From the NCBI GenBank assembly GCA_963734645.1, contig CAVTID010000004.1, positions 554,847 through 618,846 of the forward strand: a DNA stretch of 64,000 bases, written 5' to 3'. The translations under genes were made by a program, and so were the position numbers. Position 1 is the first letter of the stretch; each line of letters starts with the position of its first letter. This stretch comes from an uncultured Gammaproteobacteria bacterium. Its GTDB lineage: Bacteria; Pseudomonadota; Gammaproteobacteria; Steroidobacterales; Steroidobacteraceae. Of this stretch, positions 33,012-41,417 are shown piece after piece. The notes under the pieces are model-generated. The model had not been told where the DNA came from and made no database searches. It worked only from the letters and a program-made list of their open reading frames with translations.

Positions 33012-33689
33012 ATGAGCGATATTCCAAATCTCCAGATCCCCACCCTGTGCATCGCGCACTCGAACCAGCGGTTTCCCGTCCGGCGGATATTTTGCGTCGG
33101 TCAGAACTACGCCGACCATGCGCGAGAAATGGGGTCCGATCCGCAGCGACAGCTGCCGTTTTTCTTTACCAAGCCTGCGGATGCGGTGGTGGACAGCGGC
33201 CTGCGTTTGCCCTTTCCCACGATGACCCATGATTTGCATCACGAGGTGGAACTGGTGGTCGCGCTCGGCCAAGGCGGCATCGGCGTGAAGCCCGCGGATG
33301 CGCCCTCGATGATCTTCGGCCATGCGGTGGGAATCGATCTGACCCGCCGCGACTTGCAAGCCGAGGCGAAAAAGACCGGCCGTCCCTGGGATATGGCGAA
33401 GGGCTTCGATCATTCCGCGCCCATCGGCCCGGTGATGCGCGGAGTTCCGCCTCGCGAGGGCGCGATTACCCTGAGCATCGACGGCCAGGTCCGGCAAAGC
33501 GGCGATCTGGCGGACATGATCTGGAGCGTCGCCGACATCATCGCGTTTCTCTCGACCTATGTCGCCGTCGCCGCGGGCGATCTGATATTCACGGGAACCC
33601 CTGCCGGCGTGGGTCCGATCCAGCGCGGCGAACGTGTGCGGGGGGCCATCGCCGGCATCGACCCGGTGGAAGTGACGTTTGCGAACTAA
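33012..33689 (+). CDS. fumarylacetoacetate hydrolase (FAH) family protein
   Basis: Intact 225-aa ORF with FCVGQNYADHAREMG, HHEVELVV, and DLIFTGTPAGVG. Confidence 0.9.
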   Translation: MSDIPNLQIPTLCIAHSNQRFPVRRIFCVGQNYADHAREMGSDPQRQLPFFFTKPADAVVDSGLRLPFPTMTHDLHHEVELVVALGQGGIGVKPADAPSMIFGHAVGIDLTRRDLQAEAKKTGRPWDMAKGFDHSAPIGPVMRGVPPREGAITLSIDGQVRQSGDLADMIWSVADIIAFLSTYVAVAAGDLIFTGTPAGVGPIQRGERVRGAIAGIDPVEVTFAN

Positions 33690-33710
33690 CCTGCAAATGA
33701 GGGACTCGGC

Positions 33711-33732
33711 AAAAAAAACCGCCGCGAACGGC
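33711..33732 (-). terminator. weak intrinsic-terminator-like element oriented for the minus strand
   Basis: On the minus strand it reads GCCG-UUCG-CGGC followed by GG and U8 (the A8 run at 33711-33718 on plus). No minus-strand gene lies upstream of it. Confidence 0.3.
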
Positions 33733-33790
33733 TATCATGAACGGCTACCATCGAAAATATCTTTATCTTGTTACGCGGGAAAAACAATAA

Positions 33791-35107
33791 ATGAGTTGTC
33801 CGAAATCGGTGCGGGGCAGTGTGATCGGCGTGGTGGGGCTGCTGCTGTGCGCGGCGGCGGCGGCGGCGGCGGCGAGCGGGGATGATTATCAGCAGCGCGT
33901 CGAGCGAATACTGCTGCAGACGCCGCTGATCGACGGTCACAACGATTTGCCCTGGGAACTGCGCGAGCGATTCAAGAGCGATCTGTCCGCCATCGACCTG
34001 AAATCCGACACCGCTCACCTGCCGCTTCGCGCCGGCGAATCAGCCTTGATGACGGATATCCCGCGGCTCAGGGCCGGACATGTGGGCGGCCAGTTCTGGT
34101 CGGTGTGGATCCCGACCGAGATGAAAGGGTACGAGGCGGTTCAGGTCACTCTGGAGCAGATGGATCTGGTCAAGCGCATGGCCGCCAGATATCCCGGCGA
34201 TCTCGAGATGGCCTACACCGCGGCGGACGTGCGCCGCATTCATCGGTCGCACAAGATTGCTTCGATGATCGGCATCGAGGGCGGGCATCAAATCAACGAT
34301 TCCCTGGCCGTCTTGCGCCAGATGTACGACGCCGGCGCGCGCTACATGACCCTGACCCACAGCACCAATACTGCTTGGGCGGACTCGGCGACCGATGCAC
34401 CCGTGCATCACGGCCTCACGCCTTTCGGCATCGAGGTGGTGCGGGAGATGAACCGTCTCGGCATGCTGGTCGACCTGAGCCATGTGTCTCCCGACACCAT
34501 GCGCGCCGCGCTGGCGGCGAGCGAGGCGCCGGTGATCTTCTCGCACTCCTCGGCGCGCGCCCTGGTCGATCATCCGCGCGATGTTCCCGACGACATCCTG
34601 CGGTTGGTGGCCGCGAACGGCGGCGTGGTCATGGTGAATTTCTATCCCGGCTATGTGTCGGACGCGCGCAATCACTGGGATGCCGACCACGCCGCCGAGC
34701 AGGCACGCTTCAATACTCCGCCGTTCGGCGGGTTGTACATCGGACAGCCGGAGCGCGCGAAGGCGGCTCTCGCGGCCTGGGAGGAACAGCATCCGCGTCC
34801 GGTCACTACGCTGGCCCAAGTCGCAGACCACATCGAGCATGTTCGACAAGTGGCGGGTATCGATCACGTCGGCCTCGGCTCCGACTTCGACGGCATTCCG
34901 GATGCGCCCGTCGGGCTCGAGGGCGTGGATAAGTATCCGGCGCTGCTCGAGGAACTGATGCGCCGCGGCTGGACGGATGCCGACATTGCCAAGCTATCCG
35001 GCGAGAATGTCCTGCGCGTGATGGCGGCGGCCGAGAAGGTTGCCGTGAAGCTGCGCGCCGCGCGGCCGGCGTCGAACCTGGCGTTCGTGGAGCCGAAGGC
35101 GCTCTGA
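33791..35107 (+). CDS. membrane dipeptidase (peptidase M19), secreted
   Basis: Intact 438-aa ORF with a signal peptide and LIDGHNDLPWELR, IGIEGGH, VDLSHVS, GLGSDFDG. Confidence 0.9.
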   Translation: MSCPKSVRGSVIGVVGLLLCAAAAAAAASGDDYQQRVERILLQTPLIDGHNDLPWELRERFKSDLSAIDLKSDTAHLPLRAGESALMTDIPRLRAGHVGGQFWSVWIPTEMKGYEAVQVTLEQMDLVKRMAARYPGDLEMAYTAADVRRIHRSHKIASMIGIEGGHQINDSLAVLRQMYDAGARYMTLTHSTNTAWADSATDAPVHHGLTPFGIEVVREMNRLGMLVDLSHVSPDTMRAALAASEAPVIFSHSSARALVDHPRDVPDDILRLVAANGGVVMVNFYPGYVSDARNHWDADHAAEQARFNTPPFGGLYIGQPERAKAALAAWEEQHPRPVTTLAQVADHIEHVRQVAGIDHVGLGSDFDGIPDAPVGLEGVDKYPALLEELMRRGWTDADIAKLSGENVLRVMAAAEKVAVKLRAARPASNLAFVEPKAL

Positions 35108-35120
35108 TCGAGTGAAATCG

Positions 35121-35155
35121 GCGCATCACTGTGTTCAGGGAACGCAGTGATGCGC
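35121..35155. terminator. perfect 11-bp-stem hairpin between convergent dipeptidase and paiB genes
   Basis: gcgcatcactg (35121-35131) pairs with cagtgatgcgc (35145-35155) across a 13-nt loop. No strong U-tract. Confidence 0.5.
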
Positions 35156-35170
35156 TGCGCACCGGAGTGG

Positions 35171-35812
35171 CTAGCTGCCGGATTGTCGGGTGCCGACCGA
35201 AGGAGAGGCCATCTGATGAGCCAGCGCCGGGTTGTCCTGAGTCTCTCCGGCAATGACGCCGGCGCGGTCCGCCGCGGTTTTGTTCTGGCTGAGCTTGCGC
35301 ACGCCGATCATCCGGGTGATGTGCAGCACCAAACCGACGATGGCTTTGAGCTGCATGGCCACATAATCCTCCGGCGCGTCGCTGACCTTCCAGGGCGTCT
35401 TGCGAGGCCCTTCGAAACGGTTGGTCAGGTTCGTCACGATCTCCAGGATGCGCGCCGGATCTTCGATGATTTCCAATCGGCCGTAGACGTGCACGGCCTC
35501 GTAATTCCAGGTCGGCACGACGCGGCCGGTCTCCTGTTTCGTGGCATAGTATGAAGGGCTGACGTAGCCATCCACTCCGCTGAAAATTGCCAACGACTCC
35601 ACCGCCGTGTCGAGCAGTTTCCACTGCTTATTGGCCCGCGCAATATGCCCGACCAAACGGTCATCCAGCGGCGTCAGCGGCAAATGGGTTGCCGTCATCC
35701 GGGGTCCGCCATCCTCTTTGAGCACAGAGACCAGCATGGGCAAAGAGCAGCTTCGCATGATGGCTTGCATTTCTTCGGGCCGGTCTTCGGCGAACAGGGG
35801 TGGCACATACAT
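35171..35812 (-). CDS. paiB: FMN-binding negative transcriptional regulator, PaiB family
   Basis: Intact 213-aa ORF: MYVPPLFAEDRPEEMQAIM.., GHIARANKQW, VPTWNYEAVHVYG. Confidence 0.85.
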   Translation of the reverse strand: MYVPPLFAEDRPEEMQAIMRSCSLPMLVSVLKEDGGPRMTATHLPLTPLDDRLVGHIARANKQWKLLDTAVESLAIFSGVDGYVSPSYYATKQETGRVVPTWNYEAVHVYGRLEIIEDPARILEIVTNLTNRFEGPRKTPWKVSDAPEDYVAMQLKAIVGLVLHITRMIGVRKLSQNKTAADRAGVIAGETQDNPALAHQMASPSVGTRQSGS

Positions 35813-36073
35813 AACGCTTCAATCCTCGATTTTCACAGCATGTTCGGATCGCGCATCGGCGAGGTCGGCTGGGGCGTGTCGGTGGGCGTTGCCGCAGTGT
35901 GGCCGGCCGCCCGCTTTCCCGCCCGGTACTTGCGGCGGCCCGGCGCGCCCGCCGATCCAGACCGGGTGTCGAAACCGTAATCGGCGCCTTGCTCCCGTCA
36001 CAAAATGGACCTATCCTCTCATGGACCCATCCTCCCATTAAGGTCTTGTTTCAGCAAGGATTGGACTAACGCC

Positions 36074-37162
36074 ATGTCTGTACGCAGTCCCTTAGCGACG
36101 ATCGTAATTGTAAATTACAATTACGAGCGGTTTGTTGGGACTGCGATTGCCAGCGCCGTCGAACAATCCTACGAACCGCTGGAAGTGATCGTCGTCGACG
36201 ATGGCTCGACCGACGGCTCGCGGCAAGTCATCTCCTCGTATGGCGGGCGCATTCGCGCCGTCTACCAGGAAAATTCCGGACAGGGGGCCGCCTACAACGC
36301 GGGGTGGCGCGCGGCGCGCGGCGAGTTCGTTCTGTTTCTGGATTCCGATGATGTGCTGGCGAAGGACGCCATGGCCAAGGTGGTAGCGGCATTCCAGGGC
36401 AGCGATGCGGTGAAGGTGCAGTTCTACCTGCGGCAGGTGGACTGCAATCTCGAGCCGCTCGGCTATCTATTGCCGAGCTACGGGTTTTCCCACTTGGAAC
36501 CGCGCCGACAGATCAGCAGTTACGGCTACTACATCAGTCCTCCGGCCAGCGGCAACGCATTTCGCAAAAGCTTCCTCGATGTCATCATGCCGATCGCGGA
36601 CATCGAAATGTATCGCCGCGCCGCCGATGGCTATACCACCGGGTTGGCCGGAGTGGCCGGAAAGGTGGCTTCCATCCCGGAGACCCTGGGGTCCTACCGC
36701 GTGCACGGCGACAATGGCGGCGGCGAGGGCGGCGTCAAATCCTTGGAGCAACTGCACCACCTGTTCATGCGCGACATCAAGCGCGAAGACTCCCAGCATG
36801 CCTTCGGCGATCAATTCGATTTTCACTTTCTGCCGGATAGATCCCGTTATTGCCCCGGCCATACCAAGCATCGCTTGCTGTCACGGCGCCTGTTTCCGGA
36901 CGCGCATCCGATCAAGTCGGACACAGTCGGCAATTTGGTGGTCAGCGGCGTGGTATCGGCGGCCAGGTTCCCGCATCTGAAGATGACTCGGCGCTTTGCC
37001 GTGGGCATGGGATTCGTCGTAATGGGAATAGTCCCGCGGTTTTTGCTGCGCACTCATTTCAGGGCCATCGTATCGGCGCAAAAGCGCAATAGAACGGCGC
37101 CGAACAAGGTGCTGTTGAACGCGCGAAACGCGCCTAAGGCCGCCCCAGATCAGCTGCCGTGA
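36074..37162 (+). CDS. family-2 glycosyltransferase
   Basis: ATG at 36074 within ORF 36005..37162. Motifs: IVIVNYNYERFVGTAIASAVEQSY, VIVVDDGSTDGS, FLDSDD. Hydrophobic C-terminal segment. Visibly less GC-rich than its neighbours. Confidence 0.8.
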   Translation: MSVRSPLATIVIVNYNYERFVGTAIASAVEQSYEPLEVIVVDDGSTDGSRQVISSYGGRIRAVYQENSGQGAAYNAGWRAARGEFVLFLDSDDVLAKDAMAKVVAAFQGSDAVKVQFYLRQVDCNLEPLGYLLPSYGFSHLEPRRQISSYGYYISPPASGNAFRKSFLDVIMPIADIEMYRRAADGYTTGLAGVAGKVASIPETLGSYRVHGDNGGGEGGVKSLEQLHHLFMRDIKREDSQHAFGDQFDFHFLPDRSRYCPGHTKHRLLSRRLFPDAHPIKSDTVGNLVVSGVVSAARFPHLKMTRRFAVGMGFVVMGIVPRFLLRTHFRAIVSAQKRNRTAPNKVLLNARNAPKAAPDQLP

Positions 37163-37280
37163 AATAGCCATCGGCTCTGTGGTAAGGGATCATGCCGTCT
37201 GCACCGACCGTTCGCTCTCTCGGGCGGCCATGGTGGCCTCATGGGCCAGGCGCCATTGCGATTCCAGATCAATCGACCCA

Positions 37281-38219
37281 ATGACCAAAAAAATGCGACC
37301 CCCGAGGGCGGCACTGCCCGCGCTTTGCATTCTCGCCTTCGCGCTCGGCACCGCTCACGCGAAGGACCCTGAACTGCTGTCGCTCGGCGTGGATCACTTC
37401 AGGGATACCGCAACCGTCATCGATAACCCGCTGGATGCCGTGGTCACGGTGTCCACCGAGAACGGATATAAGGAACATCGTGGCCCCATGCGAGCGCTGT
37501 GGAACGATGAGTTTCTCGAGGGGGTCATCGACAAGAAAACCGGCCGGAAGTCCTTTCTGGCGTATGTATGGGTCACGTACAAGGGAAGTGCACGTTCCTA
37601 CCAGACCGTGCGCTATCTGGCGCCGAATGGGCCGCTGTCCGTGCCGGTGACTCTGACCCGCCTGGAAGTAAATTATTGCGCGGTCGGCGATTGCACCTAT
37701 ACCGAGCACCTCAGCTTCCCGGTGGACGAGGCCATGCTGCGCGAGCTTGCCGCGCCAACCGCGTCGGGCAAGCAGTCCCTGTGGCCCTTCAAACTCGTCG
37801 CAAAATCGGGTCTCGATTACAACGGTGGATTTTCGAGTGCAGAGATGGCCGGACTGCTCGCCAAAGTCGACGACTACGCGCATAACCTGCCGCCCGCCGG
37901 GGCCGGGGCCGGGGCCGGGGCCGTCGCCGTCGCCGGCTCGGCGTCGCTGCAGCAGGAATTTGGTGTCGGCGGCATGCCGGTCGCCGCAACCGCGGATCAG
38001 CCCGATCGAGCGGGTGTTTTGATCATTGCGGTGAGCGGCGGCTCCGTTGCCCACAAGGCCGGCATCATCGTCGGCGACATCGTCTACGAATTCGACGGCC
38101 GTTCCGTCAGAACGCCGGCGGAACTTCAAGCGGCCGTGGCCGCCTGCACCGTGAATGCAGCCGTCGCGGTCAAGCTGTTCCGGGGCACTGCCGCCATGGC
38201 GGTCACCGCTCGATTCTAG
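37281..38219 (+). CDS. secreted protein with an unassigned N-domain and a C-terminal PDZ domain
   Basis: ATG at 37281 within ORF 37179..38219. Signal peptide MTKKMRPPRAALPALCILAFALGTAHA. PDZ-like GVLIIAVSGGSVAHKAGIIVGDIVYEFDGRSVRTPAELQ. Confidence 0.65.
   Translation: MTKKMRPPRAALPALCILAFALGTAHAKDPELLSLGVDHFRDTATVIDNPLDAVVTVSTENGYKEHRGPMRALWNDEFLEGVIDKKTGRKSFLAYVWVTYKGSARSYQTVRYLAPNGPLSVPVTLTRLEVNYCAVGDCTYTEHLSFPVDEAMLRELAAPTASGKQSLWPFKLVAKSGLDYNGGFSSAEMAGLLAKVDDYAHNLPPAGAGAGAGAVAVAGSASLQQEFGVGGMPVAATADQPDRAGVLIIAVSGGSVAHKAGIIVGDIVYEFDGRSVRTPAELQAAVAACTVNAAVAVKLFRGTAAMAVTARF
37897..37920 (+). repeat. (CCGGGG)x4 hexanucleotide microsatellite inside the PDZ gene
   Basis: The run ccggggccggggccggggccgggg was read directly and encodes (AG)n. 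It is followed by ccgtcgccgtcgcc. Four G4 runs on the coding strand. Confidence 0.9.
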
Positions 38220-38315
38220 TTTGCGGCAGGCAGGCCGCACGTCGCACGGTGGTCTGGCCGATTCTGCTCATAGTGGCTCTTTCGGCGCAACCCCGTGGCC
38301 GGGATAATTGCCTCG

Positions 38316-39320
38316 ATGAGAAATGCAAAATCCCTGCGGGGGGCTATTTTCTGCGCGCTGATTGCTGGTGCGGGCGCGGCGGAAGCAGAGGAGTCCACCG
38401 GTGCGATGTCCCCGCGAGAGTCCTTGGACGAGGCTTGGTGGACGGGGCCCCTGTTGGCGGCCAACGCCTCCACGTTGCCGCCGGGACATTTTTTGGTCGA
38501 GCCCTACATCTATGATTCCCTGCCCTATGCCCACTTCGACAGTCACGGCATCGCACGCGATGTCGCGCACGCGAATGACTTCGGATCGCAGTCCTATGTG
38601 AACTATGGGCTCGCCGATGGGTTCACCGTGGGGCTCATCCCGAGGTTCGGCTACGATCAGCCCCGGAACGGCGAGGGCAGTTCGGGAATCGGCGTGGGCG
38701 ATCTCTCGGTACAGGCGCAGTACCGGCTCACGCAGTTCCAGGAGGGACACTGGCTGCCCACGATTTCGGTGAACTTGATGGAGACACTGCCGACGGGAGA
38801 GTACGACCGGCTGGACCGCTCGAGCGACGGTTTCGGCGCCGGCGCCTACACGACGACCCTGTCGCTATACTCCCAATCCTACTTTTGGCTGAGCAACGGC
38901 CGGATTTTACGCGCCCGGTTCAACCTCGCCTATGCCACCTCCGGGCGGATAAATATCGAGGATGCCAGCGTCTATGGGACCACGGCGGGTTTTCATGGCC
39001 ACGCCCGTCCGGGCGATACCGCCGTCGCCGACTTGGCGTTCGAATACAGCGCGACCCGTCACTGGGTTTTGGCTCTGGACCTGTGGTACGAGCGCGACGG
39101 GGCCACCACCGTGTTCGGGAGCAGCCCGTCCCATGGCAATGAGCCGCCTGCAGCCTTTCAGAGCAGCTCCGGCGTCGGCCGCGTGCTCTTCGTTGCCCCC
39201 GCCGTCGAATACAACTGGAACAGTCGAGTAGGGGTTATCTTCGGCTTTCGGCTGGCCGCCGCCGGCTGGAATGAAACGGCAACCTTCACACCGGTGATGG
39301 CGATCAACTGCTTCATTTAG
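38316..39320 (+). CDS. outer-membrane beta-barrel protein, MetA-pathway/transporter-like family
   Basis: ATG at 38316 within ORF 38295..39320. Signal peptide ..CALIAGAGAAEA. Pattern GVGDLSVQAQYRL..NLMETLPTGEYD. Alternating beta-strand character, and the protein ends in aromatic ..AINCFI. Confidence 0.5.
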   Translation: MRNAKSLRGAIFCALIAGAGAAEAEESTGAMSPRESLDEAWWTGPLLAANASTLPPGHFLVEPYIYDSLPYAHFDSHGIARDVAHANDFGSQSYVNYGLADGFTVGLIPRFGYDQPRNGEGSSGIGVGDLSVQAQYRLTQFQEGHWLPTISVNLMETLPTGEYDRLDRSSDGFGAGAYTTTLSLYSQSYFWLSNGRILRARFNLAYATSGRINIEDASVYGTTAGFHGHARPGDTAVADLAFEYSATRHWVLALDLWYERDGATTVFGSSPSHGNEPPAAFQSSSGVGRVLFVAPAVEYNWNSRVGVIFGFRLAAAGWNETATFTPVMAINCFI

Positions 39321-39451
39321 AGATGACAGCCGAAATACCACGGCTGAACGCGGGGATGTCCGACATACACAGGCACATGAACGGACCCACGATAGGCCTG
39401 TCTTAACAGCGTAAGCCGCGCGCAGTGGCTCGTTTGCGGCGACGCGGCATT

Positions 39452-41107
39452 ATGCGGCGCGCGGGACAGCCATGGGAATGGGTGCCTTTCGTGAACGAAA
39501 TTTTTTCACCGCCAAGCATTGAGGGGGGATCGCAAAACCGGCACCACCCGCGTGGGCGCCTGCCGGACGTCCATTTCCGTTCGACCCAAGCGCCGGCGCC
39601 GGCGCCCTTCAGACCCTCATCCGCAGCGGCAATCAATATTGGCTGCGTATTGAAGGACCGCTACCTCATCGAGAGCCGATTGGGGGGGGCGGTATTCAAG
39701 GCCACGGACCGCTTTCAGCGCGATGCCGCGAAGCGTTGCGTCGCGATAAAGGTCGTTCAAGGGAGCGGCGCGAGCGGTCTCGGGCGCTTATCGCAGCTGC
39801 GCCGAGGATTCCATCGCGCACAGTCGCTTTGCCACGAGACCATCCTCAAGGTCTACGAGCTCGATCAGGTCGCGGACATTACCTTCCTTACGATGGAATT
39901 CGTCGAGGGAAGACTTCTGAGCGACATGATCAAGCTCTATGCACCGCGCCACATCCCGCTCCCCGATGCATGGCGCATCATCAAGAGATTGAGTGCCGGA
40001 CTGGCGTACCTGCATTCGCGCGGCGTCGTTCATGGAAATTTAAGCCCACAAAACGTGATGGTTACCAGGGCGGGGGACGTACGCATGCTCGACTTCGGCG
40101 CGTCGCGAACTTGCGAGGGCCGCCGTTCGCGTATGGAAGCCTCCGAAGGAGGCGGCGCCGCGAAATTCACGCCCGCGTACTGCGGCTGGGAAGTCTTGGA
40201 TGGCCGGCCGGCCGACCCACGCGACGACATCTACTCTCTGGCCTGCATAGCCTACGAGCTGCTCACCGGTGCCCATCCGTTTCGGCGTCGGCAAGCCGAT
40301 AGGGTGCGACATCGTCGTCCGGCGCTCGAAAGACCGCTGGCGCTGAGCCGACGCCAATGGCGGACACTTCGAGCGGGCCTTTCTTGGGACCGCGAATGCA
40401 GGCCGCTGTCCGCAGGCGAATGGTTCGCCGGCCTGGAGGCCGCGCCCGCACCGACGAAGGGGCTGCCGGCGGGACCGCTCCTGTTGGTTGGGCATACGCG
40501 CGAAAATAGGCCGCTGCCGACATGGATCGTCCTGCCGATCATCTGCGTACTGGTGGGGTTGAGCATACTGAGCGCGATTCACGAGCGCTCGCCGGCCATC
40601 GATTCTCGTGCCGACAATTCCGGCGGCGCCGTGTCGGCGGCACTGAACCCGGTGGCAGATCCTGACGCGTCGCCTGCGGCGCCGCCGGCAGAGGCCGCTT
40701 CCCCGAACCCCCCAGTCTCGGTCGCTCGGGCGCAGCGCGCAGAGGCCGGCGGCGCATCGACGACCATCGGCAATATCCTTCTCCCGGAACGTACCTACAA
40801 CGTTCAGCCGCGGCAGGTCTTTGTTGAGGTCCGCGTCCGCCGCGCCGCGAAGTCCACGGGTGATGTGCGATTCAGTTGGTGGACGGAGCCTGCGTCGGCG
40901 AGGGCCGGCACCGACTTCGTAGCGCAAGGCCCGGTAACCGAATCCATCGCCAAGGGAACACGCACGGCCAGTTTGTTCGTGAAGGTGCTGCCGAACGATG
41001 CCCGCAAGCAGTCGAAGTCGTTCTATGTCGATGTGGCTGACCTGAGCGACACGAGCACGCCGCCGCCGATCGCGCGCATCGCGGTGGTACTGCCGATGGC
41101 GCGCTGA
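39452..41107 (+). CDS. membrane Ser/Thr protein-kinase-like protein (degenerate catalytic loop) with a C-terminal Calx-beta-like domain; start uncertain
   Basis: ORF 39425..41107. CVAIK (Lys codon 39749-39751). HGNLSPQN at 40031-40054 in place of HRDLKPxN. DFG at 40091-40099. DIYSLACIAYELLTGAHPF. TM segment WIVLPIICVLVGLSILSAI. C-terminus VRFSWWTEPASARAGTDFVAQG..SLFVKVLPND..FYVDV. Confidence 0.75.
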   Translation: MRRAGQPWEWVPFVNEIFSPPSIEGGSQNRHHPRGRLPDVHFRSTQAPAPAPFRPSSAAAINIGCVLKDRYLIESRLGGAVFKATDRFQRDAAKRCVAIKVVQGSGASGLGRLSQLRRGFHRAQSLCHETILKVYELDQVADITFLTMEFVEGRLLSDMIKLYAPRHIPLPDAWRIIKRLSAGLAYLHSRGVVHGNLSPQNVMVTRAGDVRMLDFGASRTCEGRRSRMEASEGGGAAKFTPAYCGWEVLDGRPADPRDDIYSLACIAYELLTGAHPFRRRQADRVRHRRPALERPLALSRRQWRTLRAGLSWDRECRPLSAGEWFAGLEAAPAPTKGLPAGPLLLVGHTRENRPLPTWIVLPIICVLVGLSILSAIHERSPAIDSRADNSGGAVSAALNPVADPDASPAAPPAEAASPNPPVSVARAQRAEAGGASTTIGNILLPERTYNVQPRQVFVEVRVRRAAKSTGDVRFSWWTEPASARAGTDFVAQGPVTESIAKGTRTASLFVKVLPNDARKQSKSFYVDVADLSDTSTPPPIARIAVVLPMAR

Positions 41108-41150
41108 ATCTTGCCCGCGCTAGTACAAGCATCACGAAGATAGACGGGGT

Positions 41151-41417
41151 TTGCCGCGGCGCCGCGAAGAGAGGATAGGGCTTCGGCAACAGCTCGCGTC
41201 ACGAGCGGACAAGCTCCCGGCCTTCTTCAACAGTTTGGCTGCACTGTCCGGCGGCCGGATAATACCGGTTCCGGGTGGTGTGCTGATGCGTTCGAGCGAA
41301 GGGGAAGTGCTGGGTGCGTGCGGAGCGAGCGGCGATACGGCCGACAACGATGAAGCCTGCGTAGTTGCTGCCATCGAGGCAGCCGGGTTCATCGCGGACC
41401 CGGGGAAATCACAGTGA
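41151..41417 (+). pseudogene. N-terminally truncated DUF336 (GlcG/heme-binding-like) gene remnant
   Basis: Only the C-terminal half of the family is present (..LPAFFNSLAALSGGRIIPVPGGVLMRSSEGEVLGACGASGDTADNDEACVVAAIEAAGF). Just 43 nt separate it from the kinase stop, so the N-terminal half has no room. Confidence 0.6.

Noticed and set aside
36074-41107. Calling the four-gene block a mobile genomic island
   Set aside because: No integrase, transposase, tRNA target or flanking direct repeats are visible. Only a compositional impression and a truncated neighbour support foreign origin.
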